A DNA stretch of 64,000 nt from Geosiphon pyriformis uo1 (taxonomy: Eukaryota; Fungi; Glomeromycota), in contig JAAOMT010000741.1 in NCBI GenBank assembly GCA_016748015.1, positions 518,462 to 582,461 on the forward strand. The letters run 5' to 3'. The notes under the pieces were generated by a model, which did no database searches, was not told the DNA's origin, and was given only the letters and a program-made list of their open reading frames with translations. Made by a program: the position numbers and the translations under genes. Below, piece after piece: positions 39,042 to 51,872 of the stretch; within the stretch, counting starts at the first letter, position 1, and every line of letters begins with the position of its first letter.

Positions 39042-39485
39042 TGATGTGCAAAATTGGTTGCAAAAAAAAGACCATTTATCTGGGATTTACGTACTATAAA
39101 TAATGTAATATGAACTAGGCAACTATAGTTTTGCATAACAAATATGATCCAATATTATAATTGTTGGTTTTTTATTTATTTCAAGTTTAACTAATACAAA
39201 CAATTACCATAAACTTAAAGTCTCCAAGAATGTACCAATAATATTGTAACACCAGAAATTAGGGAGAACAGAGAGGTTTAAGGTGCTAATTGATCCATGG
39301 CGAACTCCATTTACCCACAATTGCATGACGGCAACCCTCAATGAAATTTTTTGTAGAAAATAATTCGTTTGATTTCAAGTCACGTGAATATGTTTTCGAT
39401 CCCATGACTCGAAAGGAAATTTATTAATTAGCGTCACTATGATCAACAAGAAAAACAAAAAACTTACCGAAATAAACTTCAAAAT

Positions 39486-40646
39486 ATGCTATCCAGGAAT
39501 CAATCCAATCACCCGGACAAACTATCCGTAAAGCCATCCGAAGGTCCATTAGATACTTTGAAAATTTACTATGATTTAATTAAACAAAATGAAAAAGCAA
39601 ACCAAAATCAAAATAATCAGGATGATAATAATGAACGAGAAAAGAATGGAACGAACGAAAAGAATCAAGAAAATTTGATATGTGATCTTCAAACAAAGGA
39701 TTTTGTTCAAGATGTGAATAAATTTGGACTAGCTGGGAAGGTTTGGGATAGGTATGGGGATAGATCGTGTAAGATGAAAAAGTATTAATGATATATTTGA
39801 AATCTGACCCTGAGTATTCCATCAACTTTTTCTTCGATTTTATTATTTATCAGTGCCTATGCTCTAGATCTTTATCTACGCATGCCAAACACCACAATTC
39901 AATTTAACCCACCATGTCCAATTCCACCTCACCTCTTTTCTGCTTCTACTCATCCAACCTCAATCTTAACATCAGTGGATAACACCAACGATAATTACAT
40001 CATATTAGAATTAGGATCCGGAACAGGATACGTAGGCATAAGCTTATCACGTCGTTTAAAAAGAACTCAAGCCAAAATAATTTTAACAGATTTAGAGCAA
40101 GTTCTTCCACTCATCCGACATAACCTCACAAAAAATTCACAATCATTATTTCGAAAAGATGATGATATTTCCGTGAATCGATTAGAATGGGGGTCGACTG
40201 AAGATGCGAAACACATTCTTTCACAACATAATGGAAGCGTTGATTTAGTTATTGCTTCAGATTTGGTTTATTTCCCGGAACTTTTTCAGCCGTTGATTAG
40301 GACGTTGTTGGATGTATGTAATGAACAAACGGTGGTGGTTTTTGGATATAAGAAACGAGCTTCATGGAAGGAAGAGACGTTTTGGTTAGAGGTTGGACGG
40401 TTTTTTGAGTTGAATATTGTTCAAATAGTAAATTTCCACAAAGACAAGAAAAATTTTGATGATCCAAAAGAGGATAATTATGATGATAAAACGAACAAAA
40501 AGAATGATTATCACGATGACGAGACAAATATTTTTGGGGAAGAAGAAGGAATTTATGTATTTTTGGCGAGAAAAAAATTGGTATCTGATTATCAATCTGG
40601 GGTTGATACTTTTACCATATTAACCTTGGGTCAAATTAACATTTAA
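39486..40646 (+). CDS. Family-16 (METTL21-like) protein lysine methyltransferase, 2 exons
   Basis: GLAGKVWDSA, ILELGSGTGYVG, LTD, LEWG, IASDLVY. Confidence 0.9.
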
Positions 40647-40756
40647 GATATTCTTGATATAAGTATTTAGCAAAATAAAACATTTTCAAATGAATTATAA
40701 TATATCATAAGTGTTGAAGATTTTAACTTGTAAAATAAAAATAGCTTTTCTCAATT

Positions 40757-42186
40757 ATGATTTCTTTTGAGGTTGGTTCTGGCCAAGGGATAACCAAGCC
40801 GCTTCAACTCCTGGGCACTACGCGGTTCCCCCCATCGAACACCTATGTGTTCGATGTGACTGCCAACAATTCCGTATTTGTAGCTTCTGGGTCAAATCAT
40901 GCTCTCAACCTCTACGACCGTAGTTCTATGTCGTTTGTCCGCACCTTAACTTTTCATCAAGATAATATCACAAAAATAAAGGCTTATAAAGAGTCTTTTT
41001 TGATCTCGAGCTCGAAAGATGGTTCTATTGCTAATTGGGATCTCAGAACACCGGGTAGTAGTCCTGTGCAAATTTTCAAAGGTTATTGCTTGCTCTTTGA
41101 TCTTATTTTGAATATTTTACTACTTGGAATATAATGCTTAGTTTTAAAGTTTTATTATCTCATAAGGTAACGCAAACGAACCCTTATTAGCTTTCGATAT
41201 CAACAATACCGACATAATTTTGGCAGCTGGAACCGAGTTGATAGGAGAAGACGCAAAAATTTTGTTTTGGTAAACCCAAAGTACTGCTTTTGTTTTGAAG
41301 CGGCCTATTTCAATTATTTGTTGGGCAAACCCTGACTTTTAGGTTCACTTCAAGTTGTGAACCTGCGCTAATAGGGATGTAAGAACTGGTTCAGTTGTCG
41401 CGGAATTTTTGGATTCACACAGTGACAGCATCACCCAACTCAAATTTCATCCGCTTCAGTCTACACAATTGCTCAGCGGGTCGATTGATGGCTTAATTTG
41501 CACTTTCGACATCAGTAATTTTGATGAGGATGAAGCTTTGATAACCGTCATGAATTCTGGATCTTCTATAAATAGAACAGGTTATTTTGGTCCCAATGCT
41601 GAATATGTTTATTGCTTGAATCATATGGAAACTTTCAGTTTATGGTCAGCAGCAGAGGTAGGGTTTTTGAGATTATTATGTTTTTTCCTAATTATTTGGA
41701 TTTAGCACACTGCTTATATTATTGCAATCTGAACAGTCAAACTTACTTTGTGATTTTGGAGATATACGACGCCTCTCATCATACAGCGACATTACGCTCG
41801 ATTATGCCATCGATTGCCAATATGATCAAAATAGCCAAAGATTATTTCTTTTAGGAGGCTCAAATGGGTAATTTTATTGTTTATGTTCCCAATCGCAGTA
41901 TTTAAAGGTTCTCATATCATTCCTATGCCTTTGTAAAAGAGGTAAAATAAGTATATTGCATGTGGCCGTTAACCGCCTTGATATTTGTCAAGTATTACAA
42001 GGTGGTCACAAGGAACTGGTTCGCGGGGTTTACTGGGATGTTCAGGTTCGCATATAACTCTGAATTGCTGGATGACTCATTTTGGATTTAAATTACTGAC
42101 TTTTAGCTGTGAATTTACTGAATCTGCAGGAGAATATAATGCTTTCGGGTGGAGAAGATTCCAATCTAAGCTTATGGGGGACTTAG
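40757..42186 (+). CDS. WDR89: WD40 repeat protein, WDR89-like, multi-exon
   Basis: SSSKDGSIANWDLR, AAGTEL, DSHSDSITQLKFHP, LLSGSIDGL, GGHKELVR, SGGEDSNLSLW. Confidence 0.8.
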
Positions 42187-42624
42187 TCAAGACAATCGTT
42201 TACCTAATAGCAAGCTCTAATGGAGTAAATTGTAATATACCGGGCCTATTATCAAGTACATCCTTAATCTGTTCTCTTTTGCTGATAAAAACTTTCTTTT
42301 ATTCCATTAAGGGATTAACTGGATCGAAAAACATTGCCCCAATTTATTCGCAATTAGGTGTTTCTTATTAAGATAGAGAAAAAATAAAAAATGTAATTTC
42401 GTCTAAAATGATACATTCGATATTTGGATTAAGAATGAGTCACCCACATTTTTAGTTTCCGTTAATTAATTAAAGCAAGTAGTAGATCAATCTATAATTG
42501 TTAATTAATTGATAATTTAAACAGAATAATTAAATTAAAAAATGACTCGGAAACGTCGCGCGAATGTCTCGGTCGCGCTTTATACACTTTATTTATCAGG
42601 AGGGGGGTATATCCGAGAACTTTT

Positions 42625-45600
42625 ATGGGTATCAAATCTTTGACAAAATTACTGCAACGGCATGCTGCCGAGGCTTTGGTCCGCCGTACTATTCATGACT
42701 ATAAAAACAAAAGTCTCGCGATTGACGCAAGCGTCTTCATGCGTCGCTTTGTGAAAGGCGTGCCTATAGGAGAAGAGAGTCATCAATACCCTCATATTCT
42801 TGGATTCTATCATTTGACAATGTTTTTAAAGCAACATAAAATCAGACCGATATTTGTATTTGATGGTACAACTCGTGCAAAAGAAAAGTATAAGGAGTTG
42901 CTAAAGCGACGAGCATTAAGAGAAAAAATACAGGTTGGGTTAAAATTTGAAGAAGGCCGCAAAACCAGAATGCAAAAGTGGGAGAAAGTGGTTAAGAGGA
43001 TGAACAAATTGGAGGAAATTAAATCGGAATTTGTTACTGCTGGGATCAAAGAAGTGGCAATCGAAAAATATAAACAATTGGAAGAAGACCATCCGGGTTT
43101 TGTTACTAATCATGCTAAAGAAGCGGTCGATCAAAGAGAGCTTAGCCTTAAAAGCGCCGATTCATATAGATTGATTGATAAAATGAATGATAAAATTGGT
43201 GAAACTGAAATGAAAAAACCGACTGAAATAGCTGCTCCGAATACAATTTCAATCCAAGATATCAATTCAAAGATCTCCGTTACAGAGTTTTCTACCCTTG
43301 ATTTTCATTCATCTTTAAAGCCTGAAATAATTGTTTCAGAACAAGATAAAAGCATTGATTTGAACGTTATATCTAAATCACCATCCAAGCAGACCGAAGA
43401 TACAGCTACCTCTCCCTCTGCCAAAGAAAAAACAGAAGAGATGACAAGCGCTGCTGAAAAGTTACAGAAGATTTCTGAAACAATATCTAATCTTGAAGAG
43501 AACTCAAAGCCAATCTTTTTCACGACTCCTGATGAACAAGTGGCAAACATACCAGATATTGCTTCAATTACTCTAGCTGTTTCAGAAGCTTCAGAGAAAC
43601 CCAGCTTTGTAATTTCTTTGGATTCACAAACGAAAACAATCAAAGAAAATTCTAGGATAGAATATAAGAAGGATTTAGAGATTTCGACCATTGAAGAAGT
43701 AAAAGAGTTGGCTTCAGATGACAACACTAAAATATCAGTATCACTCACTGAAACGGAAGTGACCAATTCTGAGAAAGTAAAGGATTTCCAGACGGAGCTA
43801 AAAAAGGAAACTGGGCTTCCTATGCATGCACAACAGGAAGTCTTGAAAGAACCAGTTACTCTAGAAGTGCAGAACGATTTAAAGGTCTCAACAACAGAAT
43901 CCGAAAGTTCAACTGTTAATATTACCGAATTATCGATGTTCTCTGCTGAAGTAGAAAAGGCTAGTACGGTAAAAGTAAATGATCTTAAAGATTCTAAAGC
44001 GGGTGTTTCTACAGATACGCAAGTGGAGGTCTTGAAAGAAACACCCATTATAGAACCTAAGAAGAGTCTGGAATTTTTAAAATCAAGAGAGGAAAAGGAA
44101 TTAGTTGCTGGTTACATTATTGAAGGAGTTGGTATGGAGGAATTAAGGAGTCCTCAAGGTTCGAAAAAAGCACAAGGCCTAATAAAAACGAATGTTTTTT
44201 CTCTTGATGCACAAACGATATCTTTGACAAATGTCATTCCTGTAGAGACTAAAGAGGATCTGGAAAATTTGGAATCAAGAGAAGTCAGCGAAATAGTTAC
44301 AAATGATATTAACGAGTTATCCACATCATCAGTTGAAGTAAACGTGGCTAGGAAGGAAGAACTAAAGAATCCTATTGAATCATTAGAAAAAACAGACTCC
44401 TTAGAAATAGCTGGGGTCAACATCTATGTACTATTTTTACTCGCAAAGGCAATTCAGAATCTTTCCGTGAAATCTCTGAAACTTACTTCAACAGAATCTG
44501 TGGATACGATTTTAAACAATAAATCGGACGCCCCTCTGGTTTCAGCCGCGGTTAAGGTGGTCGACAAGGCTATTATTGGGGATGATGAGCAATTAGAAAT
44601 TAAAACTCCTTTTGATCAGGAAAAAAAATATGTAGAGAGTTCTTTGATTTCAGCTTCAGTTGACTTTGGTGTTGACAAAAATTTTATAGATAAAACTAAA
44701 TCAGAAATTGACAAGGCTGTCATACCGGATGAGGAACAAGAACTCAAAGTTACCATTTGTGAAGAGCAAGAAAAAATTCAGTCAACAATTAAAGAAAGTT
44801 TGCCTTTACGAAAAGCAGCACAGTATGTTGTTCAAGATGCCTTTAAAACGGTGGCTGCAATGTCGCAAATGGGAGATGAAAAATCATTTAAAAAACGATA
44901 CCCTGAATTTTCTCCAACTGAGGAAGTCATAAATTTGAAAAAGGATGTTGAAATCGTTGTAAAAGATGCTCTAAATGATGTTCAACAATTGGTCAGTTCC
45001 CAAGCCTATACTCGAAAACAATTTCTTTATGGTCAACTTGAGCTCGAAATTCTCGACACGATAGTTGCTAGGAAACCAAACGAAGGAATGGTTCAAGACG
45101 TGAGTGTTGAAAGTCACAATTATTTTGTCGATCTACAAAAACGTTTTGCTCCAATTACCACCCAAATGGTTACAGAAAGCCAAGCATTTTTACATTCATT
45201 GGGTATGCCTTGTCTAGTAGTGAATGATCACGAAGCGGAGGCAATGTGTGCAGCTTTAACTGCTAGTGGCATTTGCGATGCATCTGTTACTGAAGATATG
45301 GACACTGTTTTGTTCGGGGATGGACCCTTTTTAAGATTTTTCTTGTTCAAGAACCGACCCATTCTTGAAGTCTCTGCTCCTAAAGCACGTCAATCTCTAG
45401 AACTTTCCCAAGATGCTTTCATAGATGTCTGCATCCTCTGCGGCACTGATTTTGCCGGAACGATTAGAGGAATTGGGCCAATAAAAGCTTACAAATTAGT
45501 CAAGCAACATGGTTCAATTGAGCGGGTCATTGAAAATCTTGACCGAACAAAATATTTCGTGGAGCCAAATTTCATGGATGATGTTAAGGCTGCCCGGATG

Positions 45601-45882
45601 ATATTCAAAAATCCGCCACCTGTCCCCAAATTTAATCCTGGACAATTAGATGTCCGTCCGATGAGTGATCATCTTGACGATTTGTTGCAAAAATATGAAA
45701 TTCGAGATGATTATGGAGCATATGATTTTAACGAAATAGCCTGGAATCTTGATGAATATAACCCAAGTGAGGAAAAAGACTTGCTCGATGATAAATTAAA
45801 TAGTGATTCCAAACCGAAAAAAACAGTGGGTTATAATATGATAGGACAGGATCCGTTTGCCTCATTGTCAATATTCTCTTAG
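42625..45882 (+). CDS. XPG/FEN1-family structure-specific nuclease, single exon, with a long N/I spacer
   Basis: N region MGIKSL, AIDAS, FVFDG; I region EAEAMCA, TEDMDTVLFG; H3TH CILCGTDF..GIGPIKAYKL. Confidence 0.9.
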   Translation: MGIKSLTKLLQRHAAEALVRRTIHDYKNKSLAIDASVFMRRFVKGVPIGEESHQYPHILGFYHLTMFLKQHKIRPIFVFDGTTRAKEKYKELLKRRALREKIQVGLKFEEGRKTRMQKWEKVVKRMNKLEEIKSEFVTAGIKEVAIEKYKQLEEDHPGFVTNHAKEAVDQRELSLKSADSYRLIDKMNDKIGETEMKKPTEIAAPNTISIQDINSKISVTEFSTLDFHSSLKPEIIVSEQDKSIDLNVISKSPSKQTEDTATSPSAKEKTEEMTSAAEKLQKISETISNLEENSKPIFFTTPDEQVANIPDIASITLAVSEASEKPSFVISLDSQTKTIKENSRIEYKKDLEISTIEEVKELASDDNTKISVSLTETEVTNSEKVKDFQTELKKETGLPMHAQQEVLKEPVTLEVQNDLKVSTTESESSTVNITELSMFSAEVEKASTVKVNDLKDSKAGVSTDTQVEVLKETPIIEPKKSLEFLKSREEKELVAGYIIEGVGMEELRSPQGSKKAQGLIKTNVFSLDAQTISLTNVIPVETKEDLENLESREVSEIVTNDINELSTSSVEVNVARKEELKNPIESLEKTDSLEIAGVNIYVLFLLAKAIQNLSVKSLKLTSTESVDTILNNKSDAPLVSAAVKVVDKAIIGDDEQLEIKTPFDQEKKYVESSLISASVDFGVDKNFIDKTKSEIDKAVIPDEEQELKVTICEEQEKIQSTIKESLPLRKAAQYVVQDAFKTVAAMSQMGDEKSFKKRYPEFSPTEEVINLKKDVEIVVKDALNDVQQLVSSQAYTRKQFLYGQLELEILDTIVARKPNEGMVQDVSVESHNYFVDLQKRFAPITTQMVTESQAFLHSLGMPCLVVNDHEAEAMCAALTASGICDASVTEDMDTVLFGDGPFLRFFLFKNRPILEVSAPKARQSLELSQDAFIDVCILCGTDFAGTIRGIGPIKAYKLVKQHGSIERVIENLDRTKYFVEPNFMDDVKAARMIFKNPPPVPKFNPGQLDVRPMSDHLDDLLQKYEIRDDYGAYDFNEIAWNLDEYNPSEEKDLLDDKLNSDSKPKKTVGYNMIGQDPFASLSIFS

Positions 45883-46650
45883 CTGTACAAATGATAATTC
45901 TTTAGGCCCCTGTTTGTGAATTCTAGCAAACGGTCGAACATTCCATGTTATTTCTTGTTAGGGTGGATTAAGGTAAGAGTTTAGTAAACACGCCATATTA
46001 TACTCATTTTCCCGATTCGAACAAATTTTACAGAGTTTAATGTAAAATGCACGCTTCGAATTAATCTCAAAATTAATAATAATAATATTTCGAACTATCA
46101 GTATAATTAAAGAGACAAAGTATATGTGCTCTAGAGTTCGAAGATATCAAGTTTTAATGATTTTGATTAACGTTTAAACAGATCTAAAAATAATATAATT
46201 TTAGATTGTTAATTATAATAATTTTTAAATTTATATTGATTATTTTTGTTGCAATTAAAAAATACAAATATTATATAGTATAAAATTAAAAAATACATAT
46301 TTTTATATAAATTCTAAATGTTTAAATTTATTGAAATATTTTTTATTGTGTATAAATTAAATTATTGTAAGGTATCTTTATTTCAAGCAAAAATAAAGAT
46401 CATTAAGGCTTTTTATAAAATTATACAAAAATAATATACAAATGTAACTTTGATCAAATAAAAATCTTTATTTTTATTTGAACTCGATGATAAAAACAGG
46501 ATTTCTGAACAATTGTATTTACGAGAAACATGTGCATAATGCCAGGAATTTTCTATACTGCAATACAAAAATATTAAATTTCGTACCTAGTTTTATATTG
46601 ATCAGGCAACTGTTACTTTCTAGTATAAAATAATCTAGCTTGTGGAAACA

Positions 46651-49600
46651 TCAACCACGAAACTGGGTAAATGATGGATTATTGAGCGGACGGATATTAG
46701 AGCTACTTGTAGGATCAGGGGGTTTACCAAAACCCATTGCCCCTCCAGATGTATTGGCGGCAAATTTAGCAAACCCAGCACCGCTGGGTGGCTTTGCAGC
46801 AGCAAATGACGCGTTGACTCCAAAGGTTGAGGGAGTAGCAGATGATTGGCCAAAGCCGATTTGCCCAAATGAAGGCTGCCCAAAACTTGGTTGCCCAAAA
46901 GTGGATGTTTGTTGGAAAGATGGTTGTCCAAATGACGGTTGCCCAAACGCAGGCTGCGAAAATCCAGATTGACCAAATAAAGGCGTTCCACCAGCTTGTC
47001 CAAACGCAGATGGGGGAGTGGGTTGAGGAGATATAGGTCCAAAGGCGGTTACTGGACCAAGAGAACCTGCATGGACCGATGGACCACCAAATAATGATGG
47101 TGTTGAAGGAGCACCAAATAATGATGGTGTTGAAGGAGCACCAAATAATGATGATGTTGAAGGAGCACCAAAGCCAGATGACGGGACTATTGGTGCTTGT
47201 GTAGGCGTTACCAAATTGTCAAAGGCTGACAAATTAGGTGACCTAACTGATTCTACAGATGTCCCATAATTAATCGAGTCTAGGCTTTGCGATATACCCC
47301 CCATATCCATATCATTCTCTTGTCCCTGTGATTCTAATGTCTCAGGAGTACTTTGAATGGGTAAAGTCTGAATCGTAGTCTCATGTTTAATTTCACTTAT
47401 TTGTCCATCTTCACTCTGCTTGTTTTCTTCAGCCTGTTCAACAATTTTCTTGTCCTGCGAATCATCTGAGGCTCCTGGTGTGGTCGAAGGCTTCTCAAAT
47501 TCTTCGGCAACACTAGACTCTGAATTATCCTCAGTTTTGTTCATCTCTGAAAACTTGAACATTTTGGATTTATTTGTCTCTAGAATATTAGCAGTTTTCT
47601 CATTTAATGAATCGTGGGAAATATTTGAGTCAAAATTTTCTACCCCAACTTGAGATTTATCAGTGGTCAATTCTTGCCGTGGTGTTTCTATGGCAGTCGT
47701 GAATCCGAGGTCATCAGATGAAGAGGCCTCCGGTGTAAGAGTCTCATCCCTGAATGAGCTTTCCTCTCTATTATCAGACGGAGTTTTTAAGGCAGCTGAC
47801 ATTAAAAGATTAGGAACCTCGGTCTGTTGGAACAATCGAGTCACTTCAGTATTAGCAATCACGTCGAGTTTTCCTTGTATTGAATCGTTCGTTGATTTCT
47901 CGGGGCTGTCTTTCATGAAATTTCTGAGCTCGTCCGAGATAGAATCGGAAGATGTATCTGGTGTACTTTGAATATTTTCTTTATAGGAGGGATCAAAAAA
48001 GCCTGCACCAAACTTCGACTCGATTTTGGGCTTTGCTTGTAAAACCCGATTGAAGGCATAATCGACAGCTGACGTGCTCAAAATTTCTTCGTCTTCTACT
48101 TGGCTCGTTTTGAAAGCAGTTAAAACAGAATCAGAATTTTCCGATTCAAAAGATGTAGAGGCTTCAGAATGAGATGTTTGTGGCCTTTGTAATGATTGTA
48201 AAGCTGTCCCATAAGGAGGCTCAGGGGTATTTATTAATGGATAAAGTCTGTTATTATAATCATGGGTTTCAGAAACTCTCCCTTCATTTCGACGTTCATA
48301 TGGGCGATCTCTTGCCTTCACATGTTCTTGAGCACGCCGATTCATGAGATTTCGTAAAGGACTTTCGATAAAGCCAGGTGAATTCATAGATAACAAAGTG
48401 TTTACTTCCTTAGTCGCCGATGGGGGAGTAGAGATACGTACTTGAAAACTTGGAATATTCCTTGGAGCGATAGTGATGGGAGACTTGTGAATGGGTTTTA
48501 ATTGGTCAGCTTTCATTGGCTTTGTTAAAAGAGGCGTTTTACGGCTACGAAGCTTTTTTCCTAAGCGTTTAATCATATCTTGTCTATTCAGATATTTTTC
48601 AATCTCTTTTTCGGTCTCTTGTAAGCATCGAATAGGTCGCTGGCTGTGGTGATTTGATAAATCTCGATTCTTCTCTTCCGCTTGTGACAATTCTCGTCGA
48701 TATTTCTGATTTTCAAGGTAGAGGTTTTCCATTTGCACTGACATTTTTTCTAGTTTCTCATCCCAATAATATAAGGCAGTGCTTATGTTACGAATAGATG
48801 AGTTTATCATCTCCATTGGTGATCGCCTATTTTCGGTATGAGATGTAATTAGCATAGCCGATTGGATAAAGAAGTCGGATCAATAATATGATTTCTGATT
48901 CCAACTCACTCTATTATGTTTCTATGCTTTTTTTGTTCAATTAAAGCATGTAAAGTAATTATACGTTCTTCAACTACCTTGGCGGCTTCTTTCACAGTCT
49001 TTAGAAAGATAAAAAAAAACGTCACTTTAAGCAACAAAAATCGTATATATATATATATATATAAGTAGCTACCTGCAAATGTCCTCGCACTTTATCCATG
49101 GCTTGTTGTTGAAGTGGTCTTATTCGAGCACGAACATTGGTACTTGCTAAAGGAGAAGGCTCCAAAATTAACCCAATGTCAGTGTTCATCTGGTGAACTG
49201 ATAAATTAAAAAACTGAATTTTCAGTGAGCCCGAGGAATAGATTGCTTTAAAGATCATTATATTTATAAAAAACTAAAAACCTTTAAGTGAACTCTCGTT
49301 GAGTTGCGAGATCTCATTGTAAGTCTCGTGAAGCTGCTCTTTCAGTAGTTGTGTTTCTTTCTGCAGTATTTTGGTCATGCTAGTTATACCAGGAAAATCC
49401 CCAACTGTACAAGATAAAGGATCCATCAGATTTGGCTTTAACTTGGATCGGTAATTCATCAGGTGGTCTGTACGTAGCCTGCGTATCATTTTTTTGAGCT
49501 AAATTTAAATTTACAGAGTCAGAACATTTTGCTCAAGCTACGTATTCCATTTTAAATGTATGAGTTATAATTTTATACCGATTCCATTTCATTATTTGTT

Positions 49601-51685
49601 TCCCAAATTCTCTCTTCGTGTAGAGAATGAAATTCAGGAGTAACGTCATTACTTTCCGAAATTGTACTAGTAGGAGTACCCACGGATATAATAGGTGATG
49701 CAAACCTTGATTGGGAATTTATAGAGGGAACAAATGAAGCTGGTGAGGGAATATTTGGAGAAGAAGAGTGGGAGATTGGAGGTGTCGTAAAAATATTCGA
49801 GGACGTTGGTAAACCGAGAGGAGGTTTAGAAGGGAAGTTGGTAAATTGAGAAGGAATTATTGGTGGTGTGGAAAAAATAATATGGGGAATCGAGTTTTTC
49901 TTCGCAACAGGAGGAGGCGGAGGGGGCGTTGAGGGGGTATTATGGCGCATTGATGGTTGGTTAATTATTTCCTTTTCTTGAGATAATGTAGCTTGAGAGG
50001 GCAACATCTTTGTAGATATAATGACCCCACCGGAAGGACCATTTGAAGGAATATTTTGTGGGGCAGTCATATCTAAGCATTCCTCTTTAGAGTTGTAAGC
50101 TGCTTTATTGAAACATCGATATGCCACCAGGTCACCTTCATCATTAAGAATATATAATATCGGAACGGGAGGTACCATTTCGGTTGAATCTTCTAGTACT
50201 TTAGCCAGCCATTTATCGGTATCGCTGAAATCAATTGCCATACCAAATGGAATGGTATCATCTGAGGGACTATCAGGAATTCTGGAGAGTGGTAAAATTG
50301 CAGCTTTGTCATCGTCGACTCGCCATGAGGCCCAATTACCAGAAGCACTACGGCACACTATTGCAGTCTCTGTTGAGAACGTGTTGGAAATGATAACCAT
50401 ATTTTTTGCCTTTTCACCCCTGAAGTTAAAATTGAAGATCAATAGTAGTGAAGATGGATGCTTAAAGAAAATAAGTAAATTTGCCAATTTATAATTAAAG
50501 CCTAAGGTAAGCACCAATCTCTTATTGCCTCCATGTAATAGTAAGGTGACCTGTCACGCTGAGATTTGTACGTAAGGTCCCCAGCTTTGATATATGTCGT
50601 TTGGAGGCGTTGTTCACGTGAAACTATATATACCTCTGGGAAGGAATCTTCATTAGGAACCATGGGGAAGTATGCAACAAGATATATGGAGCTCTCCATC
50701 CATAGCACGTTCAAAACTATAGAGAATATTAATTATATTAAGTGAGTTAATTAGAATATAAAATCCAAGAGAATCCTCTCTTTACCTTTATAAGCATCTT
50801 GTTTTTCACTCAAGTCAGTAGGCAGAGGAATAGTCAACTGTAACACGCCTTCAATAGTATATTGGGTAAGTTTTCCGGAAGCAGTACCACATACTAGTTG
50901 CTTTCCTTTTGGTGACCAACAGACTAAGAAAAAACAATAATTATCAATTACTTTAATTTTGTGATGGAATTAATGTGAATTCGTATGCATCATATGCATA
51001 CTTGCACTGACTTGGTCTCCAGCATTCTGAGGTTGGATGGTGCCGATATTTTTATTTTCTTGAAAATTTCTCAATACAACAACACCCTGATAGTCTAGCA
51101 AAACAGCAAGTATATTAGGTGAATATCCAGTGTTTGGTCGAATATCTTTGATATTATGTTTGAACGCTATTTCTCGATAAGGACCAATAGTAGACGACTA
51201 TTTAAATAATCATAAAGGTGAGTAATTAATTAATTAATTAATTAATTTGTGAGTTTCACCAAGTCAACAAGAGAAAAATAAAAGTTTTTGTATACTTTAT
51301 TTGCAAAGGAGGTTATATCATACAAATAAATCAAATTTCCTTTGATTCCCACTATTAAAGTAAGCTCGTCAGCAGATATTCTCAATATCTCCACAGCGCC
51401 TTCGATCACTTCAATTTGAAGAATTCCTTCCACAAGAGTCGCAGAGTGAGGCTCTGCAGAAAGAAAAGCATCACGTATTTGCTTTGTAGTGGAAAACACA
51501 AACCCTCGAGGCGTGGCAGCGACCAAATAACCGTATTTTTTCGAGATCACAAGTAAAGAGACATGGTATGGTAAGCTTGCGTCGTCAAATTTTTCAGGAG
51601 CAACCTTGACTATCGAGACACCTTTCTTGAGGTGGTTAAACTCGAAAAAGTCTACGTTCTGTTCTTCAAGTTCGGTGTCCGGCAT
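46651..51685 (-). CDS. NUP159: Nucleoporin Nup159/Nup214 homolog, multi-exon
   Basis: N-terminal beta-propeller (LLVISKKYG, CWSPKGKQLVCG, PVPILYILNDEGDL), Pro/Ser linker, coiled coil, C-terminal FG repeats ending SFTQFRG. Confidence 0.85.
47086..47172. repeat. 27-bp coding tandem repeat (FGAPSTPSL) x3
   Basis: ACCAAATAATGATGGTGTTGAAGGAGC units. Confidence 0.9.
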
Positions 51686-51872
51686 GTTTTTGTTTTACTT
51701 TCTGCCCATGGTTAATCGAATTTATAAGATTACAATGGAGACCAGGTGATCAACAATGATCAGCTGAAGCCAATCAAAACCCTGATTTACTGATGCGGGC
51801 CAGCCCAAATTTTATTGTAAAAACAAAAATTATAAAGTCAAAAGAATTGGCTATAAGGCCTTTTTTCCTATT

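Noticed and set aside
43305-44048. 247-aa antisense ORF, and similar ones at 46640-47971
   Set aside because: Shadow frames of real genes on the other strand; no motifs.
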